A stretch of 64,000 nucleotides of DNA, taken from assembly GCA_041689615.1 (NCBI GenBank), contig JBDNFW010000026.1:84282-148281 (forward strand), given 5' to 3'. Below, piece after piece: positions 38,419-50,436 of the stretch. The DNA is from Gammaproteobacteria bacterium. Lineage in GTDB: Bacteria > Pseudomonadota > Gammaproteobacteria > Eutrophobiales > Eutrophobiaceae. The notes below the pieces were generated by a model. That model was not told where the DNA came from and made no database searches. It was given only the letters and a program-made list of their open reading frames with translations. Numbering within the stretch: position 1 is the first letter of the stretch; every line of letters starts with the position of its first letter. The position numbers were made by a program, and so were the translations under genes.

Positions 38419-39288
38419 TTAGTCGTTAACTCTTTGATCTATACCAAGATTTTTCCAGATAGCGACACTCGCCGCGGCTTGATTCATTGAATAAAAATGT
38501 AAGCCTGGCGCACCGTTAGTAAGTAATTGCTCACATAGTTCGGTAGTAACATCAACACCAAATTTTCGAATCGAAACACGATCATCGCCAAATTCCTGTA
38601 GCCGCTTCAAAATCCAACGTGGAATTTCGGCTCCACAACCTTCAGAAAACCGAACTAATTGCGTACAACTGATAATCGGCATGATGCCCGCCACAATAGG
38701 AATATCGACACCTAATTTTTCACAACTATCGATAAAACGATAATAGGCAAACGGATTGTAAAAATACTGAGTTATTGCACTGTTAACACCGGCATCGACT
38801 TTCTTTTTAAAGTTTTCGATATCTGATTGTGCATTCTTGGCCTGAGGATGAAACTCCGGATAAGCAGCAACTTCAATATGAAAATGATCGCCCGTTTCTT
38901 TTCTTATGAAATCAACTAACTCATTCGCATAACGAAATTGACCATAACCTACAGAACCAGACGGTAGATCACCACGAAGCGCCACGATACGTTTAATGCC
39001 ATTCTCGATGTACTTATCTAATATAGCTTTGATTTCATCGCTTTGACCACCAATACAGGAAATATGCGGAGCGGCTTCAATCCCTGTTTTATTATGAATA
39101 TCCATGACTGTTTCAAACGTCATATCACGAGTACTACCACCTGCGCCAAAAGTTACAGAAAAAAAGTCTGGTTTCAACTTGGCCAATTCCGTTTGCGTCG
39201 TTTGTAATTTTCCTATTGCCTCAGGTGTTTTTGGCGGATAAAACTCAAAACTGAATTTAGGCGTATATTTTTTTTGTGATTCCATCAT
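38419..39288 (-). CDS. metF: 5,10-methylenetetrahydrofolate reductase
   Basis: 289 aa with the MetF family N-terminus (FSFEFYPPKT). Confidence 0.9.
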   Translation of the reverse strand: MMESQKKYTPKFSFEFYPPKTPEAIGKLQTTQTELAKLKPDFFSVTFGAGGSTRDMTFETVMDIHNKTGIEAAPHISCIGGQSDEIKAILDKYIENGIKRIVALRGDLPSGSVGYGQFRYANELVDFIRKETGDHFHIEVAAYPEFHPQAKNAQSDIENFKKKVDAGVNSAITQYFYNPFAYYRFIDSCEKLGVDIPIVAGIMPIISCTQLVRFSEGCGAEIPRWILKRLQEFGDDRVSIRKFGVDVTTELCEQLLTNGAPGLHFYSMNQAAASVAIWKNLGIDQRVND

Positions 39289-39521
39289 TAAATCCTACCT
39301 CTTTGCAATAATGCAGACAGATGAACCTGCCTCCATATTGATAAGAACGTTAAAATTGAAATATTTGTGTGAAGACGGTTGCTTTTGTACATCCATGTAC
39401 TCGCGCGACATAAGGCCTTCCTTGGTCAAAAAGCGCAACACTTTTGAGAAGCGGAATGTATATGTAATACATGAGCATCGGAAAAAGTGTTGCAACGACG
39501 TATTCGTGCAAATAGGCAATT

Positions 39522-40937
39522 TTAATATCGATAACGTTCTGGTTTGTATGGACCGTCTACCGTTACATTAATATAATCGGCTTGTTCCTTAGTAAGTTCT
39601 GTTAACTTCGCGCCAATTCTTCCTAAATGCAAACGAGCAACCTTTTCATCCAGATGCTTAGGTAATACGTATACATCTTTTCCATAGTTATCGCCTTTGG
39701 TAAACAACTCTATTTGAGCCAAGACTTGATTGGTAAAAGAGTTAGACATAACAAAACTAGGATGGCCTGTCGCACAACCCAAATTAACCAAACGTCCTTT
39801 AGCTAGAAGAATAATACGTTTGCCATCAGGGAAAATAACATGGTCAACTTGTGGCTTAATTTCTACCCACTCGTATTTTTCCAAACTCGCAACATCAATT
39901 TCGTTATCGAAGTGTCCGATATTAGAAACGATAGCCTGATTTTTCATCTTAACCATATGATCATGTTGAATCACATTAAAGTTTCCGGTCGTGGTAACAA
40001 AAATATCTACCTGATCACAAACTTCATCCATTCTAACCACTCGATAACCTTCCATTGATGCCTGTAATGCACAAATAGGATCAATTTCAGTAACCCATAC
40101 CGTTGCACCAAGACCACGCAATGATTGTGCACAACCTTTACCTACATCGCCGTAACCCAATACCAGACAGACTTTACCAGCAATCATGACGTCCGTAGCA
40201 CGCTTGATACCGTCAACCAAAGACTCACGACAACCATAAAGATTATCGAATTTTGATTTAGTGACTGAGTCATTAACATTAATAGCAGGAAAAGGTAATT
40301 CACCTTTCTTTTGCATTTGATATAGACGTTGAACACCGGTTGTTGTTTCTTCAGTAACACCTTGAATACAGGCCAAGGTACGTGAGTAAAAAGTCGCGTC
40401 TTCAGCCAGTTTCTTTTTGATAGAAGCAAACAAAAATGTTTCTTCTTCTGAACCTGGTTTATCAAGAACAGAGATGTCGCTTTCTGCTTTGGTACCGAGG
40501 ATCAAAAGCATGGTTGCATCACCGCCATCATCTAGAATCATGTTTGGTGAACCACCATCAGACCATTTCATAATACGATGGGTATAATCCCAGTACTCTT
40601 CCAAGGTTTCGCCTTTATAAGCAAAGACAGGAACACTTTGATCAGCAATTGCAGCAGCAGCATGATCCTGAGTTGAATAAATATTGCAAGACACCCAACG
40701 TACTTCTGCGCCTAATGCACGTAAGGTTTCAATCAGAACAGCAGTTTGAATGGTCATGTGTAATGAACCAGCTATACGAGCACCTTTTAAAGGTTGTTCT
40801 GCTGCGAATTCTTCACGAATAGACATTAAACCTGGCATTTCGGTTTCAGCTATTCGAATTTCTTTGTGACCCCATTCTGCCAATGAAATATCAGCAACGT
40901 GGTAATCGGATGAGAGTGATGTTTCAGCTACGCTCAT
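39522..40937 (-). CDS. ahcY: Adenosylhomocysteinase
   Basis: 471 aa with the S-adenosyl-L-homocysteine hydrolase NAD-binding signature. Confidence 0.92.
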   Translation of the reverse strand: MSVAETSLSSDYHVADISLAEWGHKEIRIAETEMPGLMSIREEFAAEQPLKGARIAGSLHMTIQTAVLIETLRALGAEVRWVSCNIYSTQDHAAAAIADQSVPVFAYKGETLEEYWDYTHRIMKWSDGGSPNMILDDGGDATMLLILGTKAESDISVLDKPGSEEETFLFASIKKKLAEDATFYSRTLACIQGVTEETTTGVQRLYQMQKKGELPFPAINVNDSVTKSKFDNLYGCRESLVDGIKRATDVMIAGKVCLVLGYGDVGKGCAQSLRGLGATVWVTEIDPICALQASMEGYRVVRMDEVCDQVDIFVTTTGNFNVIQHDHMVKMKNQAIVSNIGHFDNEIDVASLEKYEWVEIKPQVDHVIFPDGKRIILLAKGRLVNLGCATGHPSFVMSNSFTNQVLAQIELFTKGDNYGKDVYVLPKHLDEKVARLHLGRIGAKLTELTKEQADYINVTVDGPYKPERYRY

Positions 40938-40964
40938 GTTGTTCTCCTATAAATAACAAAATAA

Positions 40965-41042
40965 GCGAGCGTCGTTGTTCATTTTCCGTGTTTGTTCCAA
41001 GCCTAGCGGATATCTACTTCTATCCGTCGCAACGCTCCTCAG
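40965..41042 (-). ncRNA. SAH (S-adenosylhomocysteine) riboswitch in the ahcY 5' leader
   Basis: The minus strand reads CUGAGGAGCGUUGCGAC-GGAUAgaaguagaUAUCCG-cuaGGCUUGGAACAAACACGG-aaaaugaaCAACGACGCUC. This matches the conserved GAGGAGCG(C/U)UGCGAC and GGCU(C/U)GGAACAA..ACGG cores and the P1 3' strand of the SAH element, which sits upstream of ahcY/metH in beta/gamma-proteobacteria. Confidence 0.7.
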
Positions 41043-41068
41043 AACTACGGTTGTGTGAAGAAGCGGGA

Positions 41069-41175
41069 GTATAACATGCCGTTCATTACAGATCATACAT
41101 GGTATAACATGCCGTTCATTACAGATCATACATGGTATAACATGCCGTTCATTACAGATCATACATGGTATAAAC
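41069..41175. repeat. Tandem direct repeat, 33-bp unit x about 3.2 (GTATAACATGCCGTTCATTACAGATCATACATG)
   Basis: Exact copies begin at 41069, 41102 and 41135, with a partial fourth. They lie between the metK stop and the SAH riboswitch. Confidence 0.9.
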
Positions 41176-41242
41176 TGACCCGCTTCAAGATTAAACTGTT
41201 AGCGTAAAAATTTAATAAAACTTTAGGAAAAACCTCTACAAA

Positions 41243-42400
41243 TTAAGCGTTACGTAAGGCGTCCGCTTTATCTGTTCTTTCCCAAGGCAGATCAATATCG
41301 CTACGACCAAAATGTCCATAAGCCGCTGTTTGTCGATAAATTGGTCGTAATAGATCAAGCATATTAATAATGCCTTTTGGTCTTAGATCAAAATGTTCAC
41401 GAATCAATTCAACTAATTTCGCTTCATCAATTTTGCCGGTACCAAATGTTTCAACACTGATTGAAGTAGGTTCAGCCACACCTATTGCATATGACACTTG
41501 TAACTCGCATCGATCAGCAAGACCCGCTGCAACAACATTCTTGGCAACATAACGTGCAGCATAGGCAGCAGAACGATCAACCTTGGAAGGATCTTTGCCA
41601 GAAAACGCACCACCACCATGACGCGCCATACCGCCATAAGTATCAACAATAATCTTACGACCCGTTAAGCCACAATCACCAACAGGACCACCAATTACGA
41701 ATCGTCCGGTAGGATTCACCAGATAACGCGTTTTATCGGTAATCATATTTGCAGGAAGAACCGGCTTAATAATTTCTTCAATGACTGCTTGTTTTAAATC
41801 TTTATGTTCAATTTCTGGATTATGTTGGGTCGATAAAACAACCGTATCTATTGAAACCGGCTTACCATTTTCATAAACAACTGTAACTTGTGACTTCGCA
41901 TCAGGTCTTAACCAGGCTAACTTACCATTCTTACGAACTTCGGCTTGTTTCTTAACTAGCAAATGTGCATAGGTAATTGGAAATGGCATCAATACATCCG
42001 TTTCATTACAAGCGTAACCAAACATTAAACCCTGATCACCAGCACCTTGATTTAAATCCAGGCCTTCACCCTCGTTAACACCTCGAGCTATATCGTCAGA
42101 TTGTTTGTCCATAGCGACCAGAACAGCACAACTATCTGCATCGAAACCCATATCAGAAGAGGTATAGCCAATTTCGCGAATCGTATCGCGCGCTATCACC
42201 GGATAATCGATAACCGCTGAAGTTGTAATCTCACCAGCAAGCACAACCATACCGGTGTTAATCATTGTTTCACAAGCAACACGCGCCTCATGATCCTGGG
42301 CAAATATTGCATCTATAACAGAATCAGAGATTTGATCTGCTACTTTGTCAGGGTGTCCTTCAGAAACAGATTCTGAAGTGAATAAATAATTATCAGCCAT
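41243..42400 (-). CDS. metK: S-adenosylmethionine synthetase
   Basis: 385 aa with MetK family signatures (GGGAFSGKD). Confidence 0.93.
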   Translation of the reverse strand: MADNYLFTSESVSEGHPDKVADQISDSVIDAIFAQDHEARVACETMINTGMVVLAGEITTSAVIDYPVIARDTIREIGYTSSDMGFDADSCAVLVAMDKQSDDIARGVNEGEGLDLNQGAGDQGLMFGYACNETDVLMPFPITYAHLLVKKQAEVRKNGKLAWLRPDAKSQVTVVYENGKPVSIDTVVLSTQHNPEIEHKDLKQAVIEEIIKPVLPANMITDKTRYLVNPTGRFVIGGPVGDCGLTGRKIIVDTYGGMARHGGGAFSGKDPSKVDRSAAYAARYVAKNVVAAGLADRCELQVSYAIGVAEPTSISVETFGTGKIDEAKLVELIREHFDLRPKGIINMLDLLRPIYRQTAAYGHFGRSDIDLPWERTDKADALRNA

Positions 42401-42535
42401 TTAATCTTCCGTAGTATTTAGAAACGGCGCGCATTCTATCCTCATTCACAACATATCGCACGGAATATGACGAAATTTCTACAAAACACGATAGAATTTA
42501 TATATTAAACAACATTAAAAGAGGAATCTTGAACA

Positions 42536-43096
42536 ATGGTTTTAAAGGAAACTCCCGTTTGTAATTTTGGTGAAAAAGCAATCGACTTCAAACTTCGTGG
42601 CGACGATGAAAAGGAATGGACATTAGCTGATTGCCTCGGGGAAAACGGATTGTTAGTTATGTTTATATGCAACCACTGTCCTTATGTTAAAGCGATACAA
42701 AGCAGATTAGTCGAAGACACATTAAAATTAATCGATGCAGGTGTTAATAGCGTCGCTATCATGTCAAATGACCCAACAGATTATCCGGAAGATTCATTTG
42801 AGAATATGAAAAAAATCGCAGATGAATTCAACTATCCTTTCCCCTATCTAATTGATACTTCACAGGAAATAGCAAAAGCTTATGGCGCTATATGTACACC
42901 TGACTTTTTTGGCTATAACTCTGCTCTTGAACTGCAATATCGCGGCCGGCTTGATGCTAGCGGCATGAAGCCAGCTGAAAAAGAGTTAAGAAGAGATTTA
43001 CTGGAAGCGATGCTCGAAGTTGCAAAGTCTGGACATGGGCCAAAAGTACAAATCCCCAGCATCGGCTGCTCAATTAAATGGAAAAATAATAGCTAG
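42536..43096 (+). CDS. Thioredoxin-fold redoxin (CxxC, TlpA/peroxiredoxin-like)
   Basis: 186 aa with a CNHCPYV active-site motif. Confidence 0.6.
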   Translation: MVLKETPVCNFGEKAIDFKLRGDDEKEWTLADCLGENGLLVMFICNHCPYVKAIQSRLVEDTLKLIDAGVNSVAIMSNDPTDYPEDSFENMKKIADEFNYPFPYLIDTSQEIAKAYGAICTPDFFGYNSALELQYRGRLDASGMKPAEKELRRDLLEAMLEVAKSGHGPKVQIPSIGCSIKWKNNS

Positions 43097-43292
43097 ATCT
43101 TGCTCAAAACGGGCAGGTAAGCGACAATGCACGGCTTAAATTTTTGAGTCAGCATCTGCCTGTATCGCCGCATTTAAGCGGATTTTAAGCTTAGCACTTT
43201 GAACATCGTAAACTGATGACACAACTCCAAGCTTCGTTGCAGCACTAACAACTTTATTTCTATAGGCCATGGCCTATTTACTGGGGGAAACT

Positions 43293-45293
43293 ATGCTTTC
43301 AAGGCATGAACTAGCCAATGCAATTCGTGCATTAAGTATGGATGCGGTACAACGCGCAAATTCAGGACATCCGGGCGCGCCTATGGGCATGGCCGATATT
43401 GCTGAAGTCCTATGGAATGATTTCCTAAAACACAATCCGACAAACCCAAAATGGGATAACCGTGATCGATTTGTTATGTCGAATGGTCATGGTTCAATGC
43501 TGGTTTATTCGTTGTTACATCTGTCTGGTTATGATCTGCCTCTAGAAGAATTAAAAAATTTCCGTCAATTACATTCAAAAACACCGGGTCACCCTGAATA
43601 CGGCTATGCTCCTGGCATAGAAACAACTACTGGTCCGCTTGGACAAGGTCTTGCTAATGCGGTTGGTATGGCATTAGCTGAATCAGTGCTTGCGGCAAAA
43701 TTTAATAAAGCTAATTTTGATATTGTTAATCACCATACTTACGTCTCTGTTGGTGATGGTTGCTTAATGGAAGGCATTTCTCATGAAGCCAGTTCCTTTG
43801 CCGGAACAATGGGTCTGGGAAAATTAATTACCATTTATGACGATAACAAAATATCTATCGATGGTGATGTTTCAGGTTGGTTTACTGAAGATATACCCGC
43901 ACGATTTGAATCATATGGCTGGCATGTGATTCGCGATGTTGATGGTCATGACTCTGACGCAATTAAAAAAGCATTAGAAGCAGCTAAAGCAAATGATAAA
44001 CAGCCGACTATTATTTGTTGTAAAACAATCATTGGCCAAGGTTCACCTAATAAAGCAGGTAAAGAATCCTGTCACGGCGCGCCACTCGGCGATGAAGAAA
44101 TAAAACTAACGCGTGAAAAACTGGGATGGAAGCATGAACCTTTTGTCATTCCTGATGAATATTATTCTGCATGGGATGCGAAAGAACGTGGCAACAAACT
44201 TGAATCTGAATGGAATGAAAAATTCTCTGCTTATGAATCAGCACATCCTGAATTAGCAGCAGAATATAAACGTCGCATGAAAGGCGAACTGCCAGATAAC
44301 TGGAGTAGCATCGCACAGGATTATATTTATGCATGTAATGATAAAGCCGAAACCATTGCATCACGCAAAGCTTCACAAAATGCGATTGAAGCGTTCGCTA
44401 GTCATCTACCTGAAATGTTAGGTGGTTCAGCAGATTTAACTGGTTCGAACTTAACTAACTGGTCAGGTTCGGTTGTTATCGATGCGAATAATAAAAATGG
44501 TAACTATATCTCTTATGGCGTGCGTGAATTTGCGATGTCTGCAATTAATAATGGTGTTGCCTTGCATAGTGGATTCATTCCCTATTCCGGCACTTTTTTG
44601 ATGTTCTCCGAATATGCCAGAAATGCTTTACGTATGTCGGCATTAATGAAGATTCAGAATATTTTTGTCTACACGCATGACTCTATAGGTTTAGGTGAAG
44701 ATGGCCCTACCCATCAAGGTGTTGAACAGGCCGCAACGCTACGTTTAATGCCGAATATGTCCTTGTGGCGACCTTGCGATGCGGTAGAATCTGCCGTTGC
44801 ATGGCAGGCAGCAATTGAACGACGGGATGGACCAACATCCTTGTTATTCTCTCGTCAGAATCTCGCACATATAGAACGAGATGACGCGCAGCTAAATAAC
44901 ATACAACGTGGTGGTTATGTTTTACTTCAAGGCTCGGACAATCCTGATGCCATTATTATTGCCACCGGTTCGGAAGTTGAAATGGCAATGAACGCCGCTA
45001 CACAATTAAATTCAGAAGGTAAGAGTATTCGTGTTGTTTCAATGCCATGCACTGATGCGTTTGATAAACAGGATGACAACTATAAAGAAACGGTTTTACC
45101 TAATGCTTGTCGAAAACGTGTTGCTATAGAAGCTGGCGTTACTGATTACTGGCGAAAGTATATTGGTTTGGATGGAAAAGCGTTGGGCGTAGATACTTTT
45201 GGTGAGTCTGCCCCTGCCAAAGAATTATTTAAGCACTTCGGACTAACCGAAACAAATTTAAAACAGACAGTTAATGATTTATTAGCAAATTAG
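43293..45293 (+). CDS. tkt: Transketolase
   Basis: The start was trimmed to [14 protein letters not shown] by alignment with the TktA N-terminus. It has TPP-binding motifs. Confidence 0.92.
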   Translation: MLSRHELANAIRALSMDAVQRANSGHPGAPMGMADIAEVLWNDFLKHNPTNPKWDNRDRFVMSNGHGSMLVYSLLHLSGYDLPLEELKNFRQLHSKTPGHPEYGYAPGIETTTGPLGQGLANAVGMALAESVLAAKFNKANFDIVNHHTYVSVGDGCLMEGISHEASSFAGTMGLGKLITIYDDNKISIDGDVSGWFTEDIPARFESYGWHVIRDVDGHDSDAIKKALEAAKANDKQPTIICCKTIIGQGSPNKAGKESCHGAPLGDEEIKLTREKLGWKHEPFVIPDEYYSAWDAKERGNKLESEWNEKFSAYESAHPELAAEYKRRMKGELPDNWSSIAQDYIYACNDKAETIASRKASQNAIEAFASHLPEMLGGSADLTGSNLTNWSGSVVIDANNKNGNYISYGVREFAMSAINNGVALHSGFIPYSGTFLMFSEYARNALRMSALMKIQNIFVYTHDSIGLGEDGPTHQGVEQAATLRLMPNMSLWRPCDAVESAVAWQAAIERRDGPTSLLFSRQNLAHIERDDAQLNNIQRGGYVLLQGSDNPDAIIIATGSEVEMAMNAATQLNSEGKSIRVVSMPCTDAFDKQDDNYKETVLPNACRKRVAIEAGVTDYWRKYIGLDGKALGVDTFGESAPAKELFKHFGLTETNLKQTVNDLLAN

Positions 45294-45336
45294 AAATAAT
45301 TAAGAAATATAATATTAAAAAGAGTGGAGCAAAAGA

Positions 45337-46350
45337 ATGGCAATTAAAGTAGGTATCAATGGTTATGGGCGTATCGGTCGCAACATCTTACGCGCTGCGT
45401 ATGAAGCAGGACGCACAGATGAAATCCAGATCGTCGCTATTAATGATTTAGGTGATGCAAAAACCAATGCGCACCTTACGCAATATGATACCGCTCATGG
45501 AAAATTTCCAGGTACTGTTTCAGTTGAAGGCGACAATATGATTGTTAATGGAGACAAAGTACGTGTTCTTTCGGAACGTGATCCGGCTAATTTACCGTGG
45601 GGCGAATTAGGTGTTGACGTTGTACTCGAATCAACCGGCTTCTTCACCAGCAAAGCTAAAGCGAGCGCTCACCTCGCTGGTGGCGCAAAGAAAGTGATTA
45701 TATCTGCACCTGGTGGCGATGATGTTGATGCCACTGTTGTTTATGGCGTTAATCATGACATCCTTAAATCAAGCGACACTGTAATTTCAAATGCATCATG
45801 TACTACTAATTGTCTTGCACCCGTTGCAAAAGTCATTCACGAAAATATTGGTATGGTTGCTGGTGTTATGACCACGATTCATGCTTATACCAATGATCAG
45901 GTTTTAACGGATGTTTATCACTCTGATTTACGTCGTGCTCGTTCTGCAACAATGTCGATGATTCCAACAAAAACCGGCGCTGCTGCTGCCGTTGGTTTGG
46001 TATTACCAGAGCTAAATGGAAAACTGGATGGCTTTTCTGTTCGTGTACCAACAATTAATGTGTCTATGGTTGATTTAAGTTTTACCGCAGCAAGAGATAC
46101 TACAATAGAAGAAATTAATAAATTAATGAAAGAAGCGGCAGAAGGCTATCTTAAAGGTGTACTGGCATACAATGAAGCACCTTTAGTTTCGATAGACTTT
46201 AACCATGATCCTGCGTCTTCAACCTTTGATGCAACATTAACAAAAGTGCTTGAAGGCAAACTTGTTAAAGTTATTGCCTGGTATGACAATGAATGGGGTT
46301 TTTCTAATCGCATGCTTGATACTACAATCACATTAATGAACGCAAAGTAA
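45337..46350 (+). CDS. gap: Glyceraldehyde-3-phosphate dehydrogenase
   Basis: 337 aa with [10 protein letters not shown] and the SCTTNC active site. Confidence 0.93.
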   Translation: MAIKVGINGYGRIGRNILRAAYEAGRTDEIQIVAINDLGDAKTNAHLTQYDTAHGKFPGTVSVEGDNMIVNGDKVRVLSERDPANLPWGELGVDVVLESTGFFTSKAKASAHLAGGAKKVIISAPGGDDVDATVVYGVNHDILKSSDTVISNASCTTNCLAPVAKVIHENIGMVAGVMTTIHAYTNDQVLTDVYHSDLRRARSATMSMIPTKTGAAAAVGLVLPELNGKLDGFSVRVPTINVSMVDLSFTAARDTTIEEINKLMKEAAEGYLKGVLAYNEAPLVSIDFNHDPASSTFDATLTKVLEGKLVKVIAWYDNEWGFSNRMLDTTITLMNAK

Positions 46351-46353
46351 ATC

Positions 46354-47565
46354 GTGTCGATACTAGTAAAAATTGCTGATCTGGATTTATCGGGTAAGAC
46401 TGTTCTTATCCGCGAGGATTACAACGTCCCGATAAAAGATGGGAAAGTCACTAGCGATGCACGTATTCGCGCAACACTACCTACGCTGAAAGAAGTGCTT
46501 GAAGCTGGTGCGAAAATAATTTTAGTTTCTCATTTAGGTCGCCCTGTTGCCGGAGAATATGACGAAAAATTTTCTCTTGCTCCTGTAGCAAAATCCTTAA
46601 GTGATTTTCTAAGTATCGATGTCCCTTTAATAAAAGACTGGGTTAACGGCATTGATATGGCAAATCATCAAGTCGTACTTTGCGAGAATGCACGTTTTGA
46701 ACCAGGCGAAATAAAAAATGATGATGAACTTGCTCGTAAAATGGCACAGCTGTGTCAGGTCTATATTAATGACGCATTTGCAACAGCTCATCGTGCACAA
46801 GCTTCAACTCACGGCGTTGCTAAATATGCTGCCGTGTCGGCAGCGGGTCCGTTACTTATTAATGAATTGAAATCATTATCTATTGCATTACGAGAACCGA
46901 CTAAACCGGTCATTGCTATTGTTGGTGGCTCAAAAGTATCAAGCAAACTTACTGTTCTTGAAGCTCTATCTGAAAAAGTAGATCAACTTATTGTTGGCGG
47001 CGGGATAGCGAATACATTTTTAAAAGCGGCTGGTTATGAAATTGGTAAATCGCTTTACGAAGCTGATTTGGTAGACGTCGCCAGTAAGCTCATGAGACAA
47101 GCTGAAGAGAATGGTTGTCAGATCCCATTACCTATTGATGTTATCTGTGGTAAAGAATTTGATGAGAAAACAAAAGCTGAAATTAAATCAGTGAACGATG
47201 TTGAAGCAGATGACATGATCATGGACGTTGGTCCTGAAACATCGAAACAACTTAATGACATTATTTCCAAAGCTAAAACTATCGTCTGGAATGGTCCGCT
47301 TGGTGTATTTGAATTTGATCAATTTAGCCATGGTACAGAAAGTCTGGCAAAAGCCATTGCTAAAAGCACAGCTTATTCTATCGCTGGCGGTGGTGACACC
47401 ATAGCAGCAATTTCCAAATTCAATGTTGAGAATGATATCTCCTATATCTCAACTGGCGGAGGTGCGTTTCTCGAGTTTCTGGAAGGTAAAAAATTGCCCG
47501 CTATCGAGATTCTAGAAGAAGCAGCACGTGCGTGGGCAGCAATGGAACGAGCCAGAGAATTATAA
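46354..47565 (+). CDS. pgk: Phosphoglycerate kinase (GTG start)
   Basis: 403 aa with PGK signatures (RxDxNVP). Confidence 0.9.
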   Translation: MSILVKIADLDLSGKTVLIREDYNVPIKDGKVTSDARIRATLPTLKEVLEAGAKIILVSHLGRPVAGEYDEKFSLAPVAKSLSDFLSIDVPLIKDWVNGIDMANHQVVLCENARFEPGEIKNDDELARKMAQLCQVYINDAFATAHRAQASTHGVAKYAAVSAAGPLLINELKSLSIALREPTKPVIAIVGGSKVSSKLTVLEALSEKVDQLIVGGGIANTFLKAAGYEIGKSLYEADLVDVASKLMRQAEENGCQIPLPIDVICGKEFDEKTKAEIKSVNDVEADDMIMDVGPETSKQLNDIISKAKTIVWNGPLGVFEFDQFSHGTESLAKAIAKSTAYSIAGGGDTIAAISKFNVENDISYISTGGGAFLEFLEGKKLPAIEILEEAARAWAAMERAREL

Positions 47566-47596
47566 AAACAAATAATATACGGATGACTAAAATTAG

Positions 47597-49039
47597 ATGA
47601 GAAGAACGAAAATTATTGCAACGCTTGGCCCAGCGACTGATCGGCCAGGCATGTTGGAAAAATTGATTAATGCCGGAGTTGATGTCTTTCGATTAAACTA
47701 TTCTCACCAAACACATGCTGATCATGAAAGACGGATGAAAGAAATTCGTAAGCTATCTTATCAACATAAACATGCTATGGCCGTCATTGCTGACTTACAA
47801 GGCCCGAAAATTCGCATTGAACAATTTAAAGAAGGAAAGATTCAATTACGCGAAGGTGCTAACTTTAAAATTAACACCGAACTTGCTACTGAAAATGGTG
47901 ATGAAACTCAAGTTGGCGTTACATACAAAGAACTCGCCAAAGATGTAAAAGAAAATGACACATTATTAATCGACGATGGAAAAGTTGTTTTACATGTTAA
48001 CTCTGTTAATGGAAACATTATTGATTGTGAAGTTATTAATGGCGGAGAACTAAGTAATAACAAGGGTATTAATCTTCAAGGGGGCGGTTTATCAGCAAGC
48101 GCCGTTACTGAAAAAGATATTGAAGATATGAAACATGCGTCATCAATAAAGGTTGATTATATAGCCATCTCGTTTCCAAGAGATGGAAACGATGTGAAAA
48201 AAGCGCGCGAAATGATGAAAGCATGTGATTGTTCTGCACGACTAATCTCAAAAATCGAACGCGCTGAGGCATTGAATCATATTGAAGACATCATTGAAGG
48301 TTCTGATGCCATCATGATTGCCCGCGGTGATCTGGGTGTAGAAATTGGTGATGCCGCATTACCTCCAGTTCAAAAAAGTTTGATTAAAATGGCTCGAGAC
48401 ATGGATCGCGCGGTTATTACCGCAACACAAATGATGGAATCCATGACAGAAAGTAAAATCCCGACTCGCGCCGAAGTATTTGATGTAGCCAATGCCGTTA
48501 TTGATGGCACAGATGCAGTAATGTTATCTGGTGAAACCAGTATTGGTCATTATCCCGACAAAGTAGTTGAAGCCATGTCACGCGTTTGTGAGGAAGCTGA
48601 GAAACAACGTAGCGTTCGTATTTCAGACCATCGTATAAATCAACGCTTTGAAACAATTTCAGAGGCCGTTGCTATGTCGACGATGTATGCTGCCAACCAC
48701 ATCGGTGCAAAAGCGATATGTGCATTGACGGAAACAGGTGGTACTTGCTTGTGGATGTCACGTATTAGTTCAGGTTTGCCCATTTTTGCTTTTACCCGAC
48801 ACACCTCAACGCGCAGACGGGTTGCATTATACCGGGGTGTTTACCCAATGAAATTTGATATTACTCACGCTGATCCATTGGAAGCTAACAAACAGATGAT
48901 TGATCAATTGATAGCCGAAGGTGCAGTTGAAGACGGTGATTTTGTTATCATCACTAAAGGTGACTTACGTGGCAAACGTGGCGGAACAAACAATATGAAG
49001 ATCATTCAAGTGGGTCAGGCATTGGAACATACTCTTTAA
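47597..49039 (+). CDS. pyk: Pyruvate kinase
   Basis: 480 aa, PK family. Confidence 0.9.
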   Translation: MRRTKIIATLGPATDRPGMLEKLINAGVDVFRLNYSHQTHADHERRMKEIRKLSYQHKHAMAVIADLQGPKIRIEQFKEGKIQLREGANFKINTELATENGDETQVGVTYKELAKDVKENDTLLIDDGKVVLHVNSVNGNIIDCEVINGGELSNNKGINLQGGGLSASAVTEKDIEDMKHASSIKVDYIAISFPRDGNDVKKAREMMKACDCSARLISKIERAEALNHIEDIIEGSDAIMIARGDLGVEIGDAALPPVQKSLIKMARDMDRAVITATQMMESMTESKIPTRAEVFDVANAVIDGTDAVMLSGETSIGHYPDKVVEAMSRVCEEAEKQRSVRISDHRINQRFETISEAVAMSTMYAANHIGAKAICALTETGGTCLWMSRISSGLPIFAFTRHTSTRRRVALYRGVYPMKFDITHADPLEANKQMIDQLIAEGAVEDGDFVIITKGDLRGKRGGTNNMKIIQVGQALEHTL

Positions 49040-49089
49040 AGTATTAATAAAACACTTTTAATTAAACAGCGTTAACGAGGCAAATAACA

Positions 49090-50109
49090 ATGAGCGCAGC
49101 AGAACTCGAAGCAACAGCAAAAGCAATGGTAGCAACTGGCAAAGGTATTCTTGCAATAGATGAAAGTACGCCAACTATTGGTAAACGATTCGACACTATT
49201 AACCTTGAATCGACAGAAGAGAATCGCAGGACCTATCGTGATTTACTAATTACTAATCCTGGCGGCAATGAATATATCAGCGGCATGATTCTTTTTGATG
49301 AAACCATTCGTCAATCAACCAGCGATAGTGTTCCTTTTGCAAAAGCATTAATTGATCAAGGTATTATGCCCGGCATTAAAGTCGATACCGGTGCTAAAGA
49401 ATTTGCACTACATCCAAATGAAAAAATTACCGAAGGTCTTGATGGTTTACGTGAACGTTTAGCTGAATACAAATCACTCGGCGCAAAGTTTGCAAAGTGG
49501 CGTGCGGTTATCACCATTGGTGACAACATACCGAGTCAAGCATGTATCGAAGCTAACGCACATGCGCTAGCTCGTTATGCCGGACTTTGTCAGGAAGCAG
49601 GCATAGTACCTATGGTTGAACCTGAAGTATTAATGGATGCAGATAATACGATTGAACGTTGCTATGAAGTAACAGAAGCAACGTTGTCTGCTTTATTTAG
49701 TGCTCTTAAGAACCAGAATATTAGTATTGAACATACTATATTGAAAATTAATATGGTTATTTCCGGAAAACAATGCGCAACTCAAGCAGATGTTCAGGAA
49801 GTTGCTGATCAAACGGTTAAATGTTTACTTAAAAATGTACCTGCTGAACTTCCCGGTATTGTTTTTCTTTCTGGTGGACAAAGCGAAGAACTGGCAACCG
49901 CTCACCTCAATGCCATGAATGCGAACAACCCTGATTTACCATGGCCATTAAGCTTTTCATATGGTCGTGCATTACAAGCTCCTTGTATTAAAGCCTGGGG
50001 AGGCAAAGCCGAAAATATCGAAGCGGCACGAAAAGCATTATTACATCGTGAAAAATGTAATAGCTTAGCATGTAAAGGAGAGTATAACGCCGAGATGGAA
50101 AACGCTTAA
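49090..50109 (+). CDS. fba: Fructose-bisphosphate aldolase, class I (eukaryotic-type)
   Basis: 339 aa, colinear with animal class I aldolase (GKGILAADES..., LSGGQSEE..., FSYGRALQ). Confidence 0.85.
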   Translation: MSAAELEATAKAMVATGKGILAIDESTPTIGKRFDTINLESTEENRRTYRDLLITNPGGNEYISGMILFDETIRQSTSDSVPFAKALIDQGIMPGIKVDTGAKEFALHPNEKITEGLDGLRERLAEYKSLGAKFAKWRAVITIGDNIPSQACIEANAHALARYAGLCQEAGIVPMVEPEVLMDADNTIERCYEVTEATLSALFSALKNQNISIEHTILKINMVISGKQCATQADVQEVADQTVKCLLKNVPAELPGIVFLSGGQSEELATAHLNAMNANNPDLPWPLSFSYGRALQAPCIKAWGGKAENIEAARKALLHREKCNSLACKGEYNAEMENA

Positions 50110-50119
50110 TTACAACGTA

Positions 50120-50392
50120 TTGTTAGCTATGCCAGATTCCCAATTAACTGAAGAGGCAAGCATTGCCTATCAAGCTTTTCAGAAAATGCGCGAAAGCAAA
50201 CAAACATATTTTTCTTTCTTGCAGGAAATAGACGTTAAGTATAAAGATGGTGGTGAAGCAAGTAGTGATGAAACTGAGGAGTTAGCGAAACTTCTAGCGA
50301 GGCATAGTGAAAAGGTAGCTGCATTCAATGATGCCATGTCGGCCGTTGAAGATTTTGATGCACGGGATGCTTTGATTAAATTGATGTCTTAG
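50120..50392 (+). CDS. Small hypothetical protein (90 aa)
   Basis: ORF immediately after fba. No recognisable domain. Confidence 0.35.
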   Translation: MLAMPDSQLTEEASIAYQAFQKMRESKQTYFSFLQEIDVKYKDGGEASSDETEELAKLLARHSEKVAAFNDAMSAVEDFDARDALIKLMS

Positions 50393-50436
50393 GTAACAAA
50401 TAAAATAACTTAAATAAAACAGCTTATACAAAAAAC

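Noticed and set aside
38212-38490. 66-aa and 68-aa ORFs spanning the regulator/metF junction
   Set aside because: They overlap the response-regulator N-terminus and the metF C-terminus with no domain content.
40947-41162. 71-aa ORF (MICNERHVIPC repeated three times)
   Set aside because: It is the conceptual translation of the 33-bp tandem repeat (11 codons per unit). It has no start context and overlaps the riboswitch leader, so it is an artefact of repetition.
41069-41175. Possible CRISPR array
   Set aside because: The repeats are directly abutting with no spacers, there are only about 3 copies, and there are no cas genes in the window. It is a tandem repeat, not a CRISPR.
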